Source of the DNA: a virus | Virus record (IMG/VR): IMGVR_UViG_3300023174_000138 | Location: 1 to 64,000 of that record | Length of the DNA: 64,000 bases | Direction: 5' to 3' (one strand) | Part shown: positions 28,014 through 37,166 of the stretch, piece by piece | Layout of the letters: each line of letters starts with the position of its first letter | Position numbering within the stretch: position 1 is the first letter of the stretch | The notes under the pieces: generated by a model | Database searches by the model: none | What the model saw: the letters and a program-made list of their open reading frames with translations, nothing else | Told to the model about the DNA's origin: nothing | Position numbers and translations under genes: made by a program

Positions 28014-29483
28014 ATGAACCTATACACATTTGAAAGTTTTTCTCAGCCAAATCCCATGTTGAACGGGGCCCCGCGATTAATGCCTGCGGGTATGATTTCT
28101 GGCCAGGGCGCCAATTATATAGCAAAAGATAGTGCTAGCTATGGATTGATTGATGTTATTAACAAATTTCAATGGACAACATCGCCAAAATCTTCTCGAC
28201 AAGAAGTACCTAACATACTATTAAAAGAAAAGCGTCTTAAGAATAATGCTCTTTATGCGCAAGTCGCTTATTATGGGTTAGCACTTGGCGGTGTTATGGC
28301 TGGTGGACTTGGTGGTTTAACTTCGCTAAACGAAACATTTAGACCATTTGCGCAGGCATTAGTCGGCGGGTTCGGTGCACAAACGTTTGCAAGTACAGTG
28401 ACAAAGACTTTGCAAAATATAACTTCCTTTATTAATGGCGATGCGGGTGGGTTGGGCTCGGGGTTACTTTCAAAATCTTTAGAACTTGCGACAGCCGGGC
28501 TTGGTATAGCTGGCGGTGCTATGGCCACCCCCGAAAACATACAAATGGGCCTTAACACTATAGCGCAAGCAGCTCAATTATTAGGTCAGAATATGCCTGG
28601 TAAATTTAATATAGAAAGATTAGCTAGTGACACACTGCAACCCTATGAAGGTCTTTACATAACTGAAGATACAAAGTTTATCTACAGCCTTCCATACTTT
28701 AGCGATGAACAAAACAGTATTAATAATGCCTTCGGAGATTTTGATGAAGTAATGGGCCAAGGCGGTCTTGATCCACTCAATGCATATGCAGCCGCACAAA
28801 ATGTTAGAGCTGCTGCAAACTTTATGTCCGGCACACTTAATTTTGATGCCCCCGGCATTTATATTGAAAAGCCTAAGTTTTTTAATTTTAAAGAACAAGG
28901 CGAACAAATTAGATTTAGGTTTCCTCTTATTAATACTGGGTGGTCGACATATGAAGATGTGTGTCAAAACTGGCAGTTAATGTATCTTTTAGCTTATCAA
29001 AATAGACCTAATAGAAGAAGCCGTGATTTAATAGATCCAGCTGTAATTTACGAGCTAACAATACCTGGTGTAAGATTTTACCCTTTCGCGTATATTAGTG
29101 ACATGTCTATTAATTTTGTTGGAGCTAGACGTAGAATGAATTTAACGGTACCTTTAGCTGGTGGCTCTAGATCTATAAACACAATTGTGCCTGATGCTTA
29201 TGTGATTGATATAACATTAACAACACTTGTATCTGAAACTCAGAACTTTCTTTTTGCACTTTTACATGATAAGCAGGATGTTATTACGACGGTTGAGCAA
29301 AGATCGGTGTTTGATATTTTTGCTGAAGAAGCAAGAAGAGGGTTTAATAGGACTGTGCTTCAAAGTCAAGAGCCAACAACTAGATCTGGCGCTCAACAAT
29401 TAGGTGAAGCCGCAGGCAATATTATTAATTTCTTTAGGAAATCACCTGTCGGATCAGGTCCCGGGTCAGGAGGTATACAATGA
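28014..29483 (+). CDS. Baseplate tail-tube cap (gp48-like)
   Basis: Gly/Ala-rich N-terminal half, then F.F.L.N, P......IPG, AYI..M.INF, P....IDITL..L. Confidence 0.55.
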   Translation: MNLYTFESFSQPNPMLNGAPRLMPAGMISGQGANYIAKDSASYGLIDVINKFQWTTSPKSSRQEVPNILLKEKRLKNNALYAQVAYYGLALGGVMAGGLGGLTSLNETFRPFAQALVGGFGAQTFASTVTKTLQNITSFINGDAGGLGSGLLSKSLELATAGLGIAGGAMATPENIQMGLNTIAQAAQLLGQNMPGKFNIERLASDTLQPYEGLYITEDTKFIYSLPYFSDEQNSINNAFGDFDEVMGQGGLDPLNAYAAAQNVRAAANFMSGTLNFDAPGIYIEKPKFFNFKEQGEQIRFRFPLINTGWSTYEDVCQNWQLMYLLAYQNRPNRRSRDLIDPAVIYELTIPGVRFYPFAYISDMSINFVGARRRMNLTVPLAGGSRSINTIVPDAYVIDITLTTLVSETQNFLFALLHDKQDVITTVEQRSVFDIFAEEARRGFNRTVLQSQEPTTRSGAQQLGEAAGNIINFFRKSPVGSGPGSGGIQ

Positions 29484-29872
29484 CCGGCTTAAGTGCGTTA
29501 GGGGTATTTAGAAAAGATTTAGATTTTCTAGAAACTGTACCCAGTATAAGCTACGAAAATATATTTCGTATGTATTCTACAGAAAATACAGAATCTTCAA
29601 ATTTTTACTATTTTAATATTTTAAATAGTGTTTATTTTCCTGATAATATACCCACAGGTAGTTATTATACAATTACTCTAAATAAACGGTTACCGTGGAC
29701 AGCAATAAGCTATAATGAGTATAGGACAATAGATCTATGGTGGATTATAGCACTAGCAAATAAAATATATAATCCCGTATATTATCCGGCTCCCGGTTCG
29801 ACGTTAAGAATTATTAAACCTGAATATGTGAAGTTAATTTTTGATGAAATAACCTTACAGACAAAGCAATAA
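29480..29872 (+). CDS. gp53: Baseplate wedge protein (gp53-like, LysM-type)
   Basis: ISY.EY.TIDLWWIIALANKI.NP...G..LRI. Confidence 0.8.
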   Translation: MTGLSALGVFRKDLDFLETVPSISYENIFRMYSTENTESSNFYYFNILNSVYFPDNIPTGSYYTITLNKRLPWTAISYNEYRTIDLWWIIALANKIYNPVYYPAPGSTLRIIKPEYVKLIFDEITLQTKQ

Positions 29873-31425
29873 TGAACTCGATACAAAACTTAAGTTTTAC
29901 TGGTAAACCAGAGCGTGTGACTATAGGTGATAATACTTATGAATTTAATATAATGTTAATTAACGGTGACGGTCAAACTATTGGTATAAAATACTCAAGT
30001 TTAGTTGAGTTGTCTATCTCTGATACCTTAACAAACTTTTACGCTGATGGATATATTATTTTTAATAACGCATTAGATGCATTAGAGAGTGTTCAGAGTA
30101 TTTCAACAGATGTAAGGGGTCGCCCAGAGCAAGCGTTTTCTACATTTACGTTTCGTGGAGATGGAAGAGATTTCTTAGCAATTAATATACAGCCTTCTGT
30201 TCACACAGATGACACCGATCCAATAAACCACGTTGATAATAAAAATCAATTCTCTCTTAATTACATGTTCTCTATTCTTGACATGCAGGACATTATTACG
30301 GAGGATAAAGAAACTAAACTTAAGAAATTATATTTTTGTGATTTTGTTTTTCAAATTTTAAACGAAAAAAACGCCTATTTTTCAACAAGTAAACTTTCAA
30401 CAGATAAAGGAAAAGGAAACACAAACAGGAGCATTTATACTGGCGAGGCAATAAAACAGCTTCTAGCATCTACCCTTTCACAGGACACTGGACTCACACA
30501 AAAATTTAGCGCTAAATGGGATCGGGGAGAAGAAAAAATATTTTACAGTAGCTCCGCTGGTGGCAAAGCTATTGATGATCTGTATTATCTTTTAGATTAT
30601 CATGTTAGTACAAAAGAGAATGACTATTGCCCTGCGTTGTTAAGAAAAAACAGACAAAATATATGGACATTGAGTCCTGTGACAGAGTTATTTAAATCTG
30701 CATATTACAAAGGGTCTTCATCTCTAGGAGATATAGGCGGGACAGGATTAATAGAGAATTTTATTATCGGGAAACCTACATCGGGAGATTATAATCCTAT
30801 TAATTCAATAGAACGTAATCCTAAAACTTCGTTTTTTGCTAATAATTTGCCTGATTATTCATTTATAGAAAATTTCGAAAGTGCCAATATTAGCGCACCT
30901 TCCAGTACATATGGCGTTGCAACGCACGTAGTACACAATTACAACGTTGCAGAAAAAACGTTTTCTATTGACTTAGCAGAAAATAGCATAAACTCTGCTT
31001 TTAAGAAATATAAAAAACATTTTGTTCAAACTCAAAAAGGACTGATAGGTTCTTCGCCTAGTGCAAATTTATCACTTAATAGGACTAAGACCGATAATAA
31101 AAATGTTCATCATGTTTTTAACCCTAACCCCACTCAAACTATTAGGTTAAATTCTGGTAGCAATAAAATTCTACTTAATTCGATTTTTAACAATACAACC
31201 ATTGGATTTAAAACACGTGGAAGTATTTTTAGGGAAGCTGGTAAATTCTTTACGGCAGACAGACGTGATTTTGCCAATAGTTCCGCTTTTGATAATAAAA
31301 TGCTCGGCACGTATTTGATAACTAAAGTAGATCATGTATTTAAAAACGGACAGTATTATAATTATCTGGTTGGTGTGAAAACATATGCTGCAGAAAAAAC
31401 TAAAAATTCTAACGAGATTATATGA
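29872..31425 (+). CDS. Baseplate hub protein (gp27-like)
   Basis: N-terminal L.I.DT.......G.I...N and C-terminal G...REAG, G.YLITKV.H.F signature of hub/late-control-D proteins. Confidence 0.65.
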   Translation: MNSIQNLSFTGKPERVTIGDNTYEFNIMLINGDGQTIGIKYSSLVELSISDTLTNFYADGYIIFNNALDALESVQSISTDVRGRPEQAFSTFTFRGDGRDFLAINIQPSVHTDDTDPINHVDNKNQFSLNYMFSILDMQDIITEDKETKLKKLYFCDFVFQILNEKNAYFSTSKLSTDKGKGNTNRSIYTGEAIKQLLASTLSQDTGLTQKFSAKWDRGEEKIFYSSSAGGKAIDDLYYLLDYHVSTKENDYCPALLRKNRQNIWTLSPVTELFKSAYYKGSSSLGDIGGTGLIENFIIGKPTSGDYNPINSIERNPKTSFFANNLPDYSFIENFESANISAPSSTYGVATHVVHNYNVAEKTFSIDLAENSINSAFKKYKKHFVQTQKGLIGSSPSANLSLNRTKTDNKNVHHVFNPNPTQTIRLNSGSNKILLNSIFNNTTIGFKTRGSIFREAGKFFTADRRDFANSSAFDNKMLGTYLITKVDHVFKNGQYYNYLVGVKTYAAEKTKNSNEII

Positions 31426-32249
31426 GTACATCTATTGATCCGCATTTAATGCAAATTAGTCTTTTTTATAAAAAAGATTTCTATCAACAGGCCTCTAACT
31501 ACTTGCAAGCTGTACAAAGCTATTCTTCTGAGCTTGAGACCGCTATTAACTTTGCAAAATCAAAAGTGGCTAATGATCCGATCACTACTATGGGTCAATT
31601 TTTTATAGAGTTAGATAAAAAAATGAAATCTATGTCACCTCAATTTGCCGCGAATTGGATAAAAACATTTAATAGTGCTCACGAGCAAGTCAGAAATGAA
31701 GTAGGTGTTGCAATAGGAACAGGTACTTTTTATAGAAGTTTTAGCGATAGTATTGGCGTACTCACAAGGCAGGAAAATGTATACGATGAAAGTACGCAAT
31801 CTGTATTGAACAATGCGTTTCCTTTAAGATATGGTGCTTCATTAACTAATAAAATACATCCAAGGATTCAGCTTCTACATGGTGAAATAAGCAACAAATT
31901 AAACACTGTAATGAATAAAAACCTTAAAAATATTCAGACACAAGGTACTTCACCGGATAAAGCCCACGGAGAAAATTTAGTACCAGATATTGCCCATGTA
32001 AAGAGAGTACAGGGGTTAGTACCTACGTTAAACCAGCGTATAAGAAACGAGTTTAAAGAACTCTACAATGTAATTTCTTTCTATTGCAATTACAATCCAC
32101 GGTCAGCATCTCAGAATATACAATTTGTACCTAACATTAATATTTCAGTAAACGTTGAAGGGACCCCTGTTAATCAGGATGTACTGTTTAATCAGCTTCA
32201 AGATGTTAAAAGAGATATTACTACTAAGAAAGTGTTGGGTGTAGCGTAA
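31422..32249 (+). CDS. Hypothetical (probable virion) protein
   Basis: 275 aa, coupled to the hub gene. Confidence 0.7.
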   Translation: MSTSIDPHLMQISLFYKKDFYQQASNYLQAVQSYSSELETAINFAKSKVANDPITTMGQFFIELDKKMKSMSPQFAANWIKTFNSAHEQVRNEVGVAIGTGTFYRSFSDSIGVLTRQENVYDESTQSVLNNAFPLRYGASLTNKIHPRIQLLHGEISNKLNTVMNKNLKNIQTQGTSPDKAHGENLVPDIAHVKRVQGLVPTLNQRIRNEFKELYNVISFYCNYNPRSASQNIQFVPNINISVNVEGTPVNQDVLFNQLQDVKRDITTKKVLGVA

Positions 32250-32703
32250 TATTAACAGCTTCAGCCTGGGCCTCAATAACTTTGGCCTCGTCCATAATTT
32301 TCTTAAAAACTTCATCACGGCTTAGCATTAATCGATCTTTTCTATCTTCTTCTTTCAACATTTTACGTGATTCTATTTCCATTGCCTTTAAATCTTTGGC
32401 CGAATCGCGTCTTATTTGAGTGATGTGCACATCTTTAATTACAGAAAGCGCGCTTGCTACAGCCTTCAGCGCTTGCGACAACGCCTCTACTTCCCTGCTT
32501 TCAGGGTTATTCATTACATAATCTTTTACACCCTCAACTATTTCAAGCCCTTGGGTGACTAGTTTACCTGTACTATTAAGTACAAAGTCTTCTAGCTTTT
32601 CTCTAGGTAAATTAAAGTCCTGTTTAAGTAGTTCTTTATTTGCAGAGGTGGTGGTTTGTAGCTGATTAATTAGATCATTTACGCTAAATTCTTTTTCTGG
32701 CAT
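32224..32703 (-). CDS. gp16: Terminase small subunit (gp16-like)
   Basis: Helical; P.SREVEAL..ALK......IKDVH resembles the T4 gp16 SPR..EV...L......L.LH core; ATAAATA 4 nt upstream. Confidence 0.6.
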   Translation of the reverse strand: MPEKEFSVNDLINQLQTTTSANKELLKQDFNLPREKLEDFVLNSTGKLVTQGLEIVEGVKDYVMNNPESREVEALSQALKAVASALSVIKDVHITQIRRDSAKDLKAMEIESRKMLKEEDRKDRLMLSRDEVFKKIMDEAKVIEAQAEAVNITLHPTLS

Positions 32704-32707
32704 ATAT

Positions 32708-32745
32708 TATTTATCCCTTGAAATATATATACCATACTTTATATT
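32708..32745. promoter_or_regulatory. Divergent late (-) and early (+) promoters
   Basis: ATAAATA on - (32708-14); TTGAAA(32718-23)-N16-TATATT(32740-45) on +, ATG at 32752. Confidence 0.65.
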
Positions 32746-32751
32746 AATGAT

Positions 32752-33201
32752 ATGACGACTAACGCTCCTCTGTATGCTCCTAGTATGAAATTTGAAAAGA
32801 CTCACTCTGAGGCTGTACTACCAGCAAAAAATTTTCCATCCGATTCTGGCTGGGATTTAGTCGCTGTCGAAGACATAGTTATTCCTGCTAACGGCAGAAA
32901 TACAGTGCCTGTAGGTCTGAAGCTAGCATATTTAGAGAGCGGATACTGGTTAAGTGTCGAGTCTAGGTCAGGCTTGAGTTTTAAACACGGTATACTTGCT
33001 CACCCCGGTATTATAGATCAAAACTATAGAGGTGATCTCGGGGTGCTACTCTACAACCATAACGCTGCAGATTACAATGTTAAGAAAGGTGATAGAATAG
33101 CGCAACTTGTATTGCATTACAACATTGATATTAATGTTGGGTGGGGAACGGTTCAAAGTACCGATCGTGGCGAAAAAGGTTTCGGAAGTAGTGGGAAATG
33201 A
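32752..33201 (+). CDS. dut: Trimeric dUTPase
   Basis: SGWDL, RSGL, GIIDQNYRG, RIAQL, RGEKGFGSSG. Confidence 0.96.
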   Translation: MTTNAPLYAPSMKFEKTHSEAVLPAKNFPSDSGWDLVAVEDIVIPANGRNTVPVGLKLAYLESGYWLSVESRSGLSFKHGILAHPGIIDQNYRGDLGVLLYNHNAADYNVKKGDRIAQLVLHYNIDINVGWGTVQSTDRGEKGFGSSGK

Positions 33202-34133
33202 TGGATGTTAATAGAGTTTGGACGGAAAAATACCGCCCAACAAAGCTAGATGATATTATTTTATCTGATAAAAATAGAAGTATACTAAAAACATTTATTG
33301 ATAACGATGAAATACCAAACCTATTATTCTGCGGGCATGCAGGAATAGGCAAAACAACCACAGCAAAAGCTCTCATTAATCATCTAGATGCTGAATTTAT
33401 TTATCAAAATTGTTCAGAAGTTGGTATAGATACTGTACGTAATGATATTACCGGTTTCAGTAGAACAAAAAGCTTTAATGGTAAAAAGAAAATTGTTCTT
33501 CTAGATGAAATAGATGGTATTGCATCAATAGATGCACAACGATCGCTAAGAAATGTTTTGGAAGAATATGCTGGACATTGTCGATTTATTTTAACATGTA
33601 ATTACAAGCATAGAGTCATTATACCTTTACAAAGTAGATGTCAATCTTTGGACTTAGATCCAAATATAACCGATGTTGCAAAGCGCTGTCTTTACATTTT
33701 AAAACAAGAGAATACTAGTATTGACGACGATAGTAAGAGAAAATTAGTCGGGTTATTGCGAAAATATTTCCCCGATATTCGTAAAAGCATTAACGAAATG
33801 CAGAAATTTTGTATTGATGGTAAGTTATCTATACCTGAATTAAATATTGCCAATGATTTTATAGGTAAAGTCATTTCATTGGTTTTATCTAAAAAAACGC
33901 TTCAAGGTAGAAAGCTAATCATAGAAAACGAGGCCGTATTTAACGGTGACTATCCCGTTCTTATGAAGAATCTTTTTGATGAAGTATGTACAGGTAATTA
34001 CAAGCTTACAGATAATCAGAAAAGACTATGGTTGGTTGCTATAGGCGAATACATGTACAGATCTACATTAGTTCTAGATCAAGAAATTAACTTTTACTGT
34101 CTCCTACTAACTTTGAGCGATCTTAACGGCTAG
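33198..34133 (+). CDS. gp44: Clamp loader AAA+ subunit (gp44)
   Basis: WTEKYRP, GHAGIGKTT, LLDEID, FILTCN, PLQSRC. Confidence 0.95.
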   Translation: MMDVNRVWTEKYRPTKLDDIILSDKNRSILKTFIDNDEIPNLLFCGHAGIGKTTTAKALINHLDAEFIYQNCSEVGIDTVRNDITGFSRTKSFNGKKKIVLLDEIDGIASIDAQRSLRNVLEEYAGHCRFILTCNYKHRVIIPLQSRCQSLDLDPNITDVAKRCLYILKQENTSIDDDSKRKLVGLLRKYFPDIRKSINEMQKFCIDGKLSIPELNIANDFIGKVISLVLSKKTLQGRKLIIENEAVFNGDYPVLMKNLFDEVCTGNYKLTDNQKRLWLVAIGEYMYRSTLVLDQEINFYCLLLTLSDLNG

Positions 34134-34746
34134 GGAGATAACGAGCTGTTGTTTTACCGGGGTTAGGGAAGTTAGGATTGACAGCAGGCGACTTTTCGCC
34201 CTGCGCAGGAGAGCTTGGAATGGTTACATTTACATTATTGAGCTTTCTATCGCCTTCATTATCCTTTTTATTTCCTAAATCGCTTGTGCCTGTTTGTCTG
34301 TGAGGGGTTAGCATATTCTCAGTGTTATTAGTTGTATCTTCCAACTTAGGGTCAATGTTAGAATTATCTTTTCTCTTCAAACTATCAGGGATTGGTGCTA
34401 AATTCGGGTATGTATGAATGGGTTCGAGAACATGTGCAGGTACTGTGATAAATTCTCTGTAAAGACCCGGGGCAACTTCCTGTACTAAATCTACTAAAAA
34501 CGACTCTGCTTCATTTTGAATATCACCCGAATGAATTGTTGGACGAACAGCCTTTACAGCACTTACTCTTAGATTAAGACCGCCTTCACTAAAAGATTTT
34601 GCTTTTTGAAGATAGTTTGGGGCTTGTTTCTTAAAAAAATCATCTTTAAAAGCATTTTCTGTAAATTTAACTAAATCACCTGTAAGAAAACCACCCCTTG
34701 TAAAACGTTGAATCGTTGATTCGTATAAAGCAACAAATTTATTCAT
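34123..34746 (-). CDS. Hypothetical late protein, candidate internal head protein
   Basis: 207 aa; TATAAATA (34755-62) 8 nt upstream; N-terminus MNKFVALYES. Confidence 0.75.
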   Translation of the reverse strand: MNKFVALYESTIQRFTRGGFLTGDLVKFTENAFKDDFFKKQAPNYLQKAKSFSEGGLNLRVSAVKAVRPTIHSGDIQNEAESFLVDLVQEVAPGLYREFITVPAHVLEPIHTYPNLAPIPDSLKRKDNSNIDPKLEDTTNNTENMLTPHRQTGTSDLGNKKDNEGDRKLNNVNVTIPSSPAQGEKSPAVNPNFPNPGKTTARYLPSR

Positions 34747-34817
34747 ATCTTTATTATTTATACTTGAAACCTTGCAAATAAATACTTTCGCAACAAATAT
34801 TACTTAATAAATATAGT

Positions 34818-35285
34818 ATGGCAGCTATTGTACTGAACACTTTTTCCGCACCAGCCTCTGGTGCCATATACAAGGATTTGCTTATAGATTTAAAAATAGA
34901 CTATACCCAGAATGTTCAATTAGAAAAACGTAGAGAGATCAAGGATTTACAAAGATCTGAAGATATTGGCGCGATTAAAAATAGTCTATTTACCCTGTTT
35001 ACTACTATGCCTGGCCAAAAAATATTAAACCCCATCTACGGTTTAAACCTAATGCAATACTTGTTTGTGCCTGTTTCCACGTCACAAGCACGGATTATTG
35101 GAGAATCGATTTTTTCTGGTATACGTAAATTTGAGCCAAGAGTTCAAGTGAGAAAGCTTAATGTTGAGGCGCTAACAGATGAAAATCAGTACTTAATATC
35201 AATGATTATTGATGTCCCGTCGTTAAATATACAAGGAGTTTCTATATTAAGTACATTAAATGATTCTGGATATTATTTTAACTAA
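34818..35285 (+). CDS. gp25: Baseplate wedge protein (gp25)
   Basis: YKDL, AIKNSL..LF.T.PG.K..NP.YG.NL..YLF, FEPRV; AATAAATA 4 nt upstream. Confidence 0.92.
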   Translation: MAAIVLNTFSAPASGAIYKDLLIDLKIDYTQNVQLEKRREIKDLQRSEDIGAIKNSLFTLFTTMPGQKILNPIYGLNLMQYLFVPVSTSQARIIGESIFSGIRKFEPRVQVRKLNVEALTDENQYLISMIIDVPSLNIQGVSILSTLNDSGYYFN

Positions 35286-35287
35286 TT

Positions 35288-37165
35288 ATGAATAGCGACA
35301 TTACAGCAAACCCTTTTAATTTACCGCTAAATGCTTATGCTGCATTTGACGCGGCTAATTTAAAATCGTTAATGATTCAACGCTTGAATCAAGGAAACGT
35401 ATTTACAGATCAAATTTATGAAGGAAGTAACTTTAATAGCCTTCTAGATATCATTGCGTATAGTTACAATGTTCTATTATTTTATTTGAATAAAACAGCA
35501 AGCGAAAGTTCATTTAGCCAGGTCCAGCTATATGAAAACATGAATCGAATTGTAAAGTTATTAAATTATGATCCTATTGGCTATCAAACAAGTATCCTTG
35601 CGTTCAACGCCACAGCGCCATCATTATTAGATAGAGGTGTGTACACAATACCAAGATATTCCTATTTTACTATAAATGGCATCACATATACATTTACCGA
35701 GGATACGACTTTTATAAAAACAATTGACGGTGATGAGGAACTTACGACTTTAAGTGACTCCTCTGTTCTTTACCAAGGCAGTATTATTAGCTACCCGTCC
35801 TATCTTGCAACAGGTGCACCGTATGAGGAATTTGTATTAGCATCTGTTGCTCAAGATGGGACGTCTGATATTATTGATCACAATAACATACATGTCTATG
35901 TAACTACAGCTGACGGTACATACGAACAATGGAAAAGAGTAAGCAGTCTTTACTTAGAAGATTCTAATAGTAAAAGTTTTGAATGCAGGTTAAACGAAAA
36001 TCAGAGATATGTATTAAAGTTTGGCAATGATGTTAATGGTAGACAGCTTTCTACAAACAGTATTGTTAGTGTTTTTTATCTCAGGAGCGATGGTACTGTA
36101 GGCCAGGTAGGGCCTAATACTCTTGACGGTACCAAATTGTTTTTGTACAGGCAACCTCTATTTACAAAAATATTTAATGATATTAAATCTAGTACAACAT
36201 ATCTAAGTGATTTGCAAGCTGCTTCATTAATATTTTCTAACTCTTCACCGAGTACAGTTTTTTCAAACTTGGAAACAACAATAGATATTAGAAATAATGC
36301 CCCTAATGCGTTTAAAACACAGTATAGATTAGTAACAACAAACGATGTCGAGACCTACATTAAAAATAATTTTAATAATGTACTTAATGATGTTAGTGTG
36401 CTGAATAATTGGGAATATCTCGCAGAGCATGTAAGATATCTTTACAATTTAGGCTTAAAAGCCCCGAATAATGATAGCCGTGTATTATTCAATCAAGTTG
36501 CGTTTGCTGATAGTTGTGATTTTAATAATCTTTACATTTATGCTGTTCCTAAATTACAAAATAACAATATTTTTAGTACGACATTGAGAAATAATTATCT
36601 GAACACTGGTTTAAAAGATAAAATTCTTAATACTTTGCAAGACATAAAAATGGCTACGGTTGAAATGATAATGATGGACCCAGTTTATGTTGCTGTAGGT
36701 CTGGGGGTAGGAAGCACCGATGAAGTTAATAATGAGCTATTAACTACAGATATTGTTGGTACAACAGTTTTAATAATAGGAAGATCTCCCGGTAGTAGAT
36801 ACTCAGAAGATGAAATAAAATCTCAAGTAACAAATATTTTCACAAATTATTTTAGTGTTGAAAATTGTAAGCTAGGGCAAACAATTGATATTTCCTATCT
36901 TGCAGCGTCTATCTTGTCAATAGAGGGAGTGACATCGTTAAAAACTCAACGCTATGTTAACGGGCAACAAATACTAAAAAGCGGTTTAAGTCTAATAGTA
37001 TTTAATCCTGTTTATAGCGAGCCAAAAGAAGATATTTCAATAATTTCACAAAATTTAATTTTACCTCGCTTTAAAATACCGTACTTATATCAACCTGAAA
37101 ATATATTTTCACAAATTGTAATTGCAACGCCTGATACACAAGAAAAAAGTATAAGGGAGTATTGA
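35288..37165 (+). CDS. gp6: Baseplate wedge protein (gp6)
   Basis: FTD..YEGSN...LLDIIAY, FGNDVNG, IRNNAP..F..QYRLVT..D. Confidence 0.92.
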   Translation: MNSDITANPFNLPLNAYAAFDAANLKSLMIQRLNQGNVFTDQIYEGSNFNSLLDIIAYSYNVLLFYLNKTASESSFSQVQLYENMNRIVKLLNYDPIGYQTSILAFNATAPSLLDRGVYTIPRYSYFTINGITYTFTEDTTFIKTIDGDEELTTLSDSSVLYQGSIISYPSYLATGAPYEEFVLASVAQDGTSDIIDHNNIHVYVTTADGTYEQWKRVSSLYLEDSNSKSFECRLNENQRYVLKFGNDVNGRQLSTNSIVSVFYLRSDGTVGQVGPNTLDGTKLFLYRQPLFTKIFNDIKSSTTYLSDLQAASLIFSNSSPSTVFSNLETTIDIRNNAPNAFKTQYRLVTTNDVETYIKNNFNNVLNDVSVLNNWEYLAEHVRYLYNLGLKAPNNDSRVLFNQVAFADSCDFNNLYIYAVPKLQNNNIFSTTLRNNYLNTGLKDKILNTLQDIKMATVEMIMMDPVYVAVGLGVGSTDEVNNELLTTDIVGTTVLIIGRSPGSRYSEDEIKSQVTNIFTNYFSVENCKLGQTIDISYLAASILSIEGVTSLKTQRYVNGQQILKSGLSLIVFNPVYSEPKEDISIISQNLILPRFKIPYLYQPENIFSQIVIATPDTQEKSIREY

Positions 37166-37166
37166 T

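Noticed and set aside
32752-33201. Uracil-substituted genome as the modification
   Set aside because: An intact dUTPase with all five motifs argues against dU-DNA.
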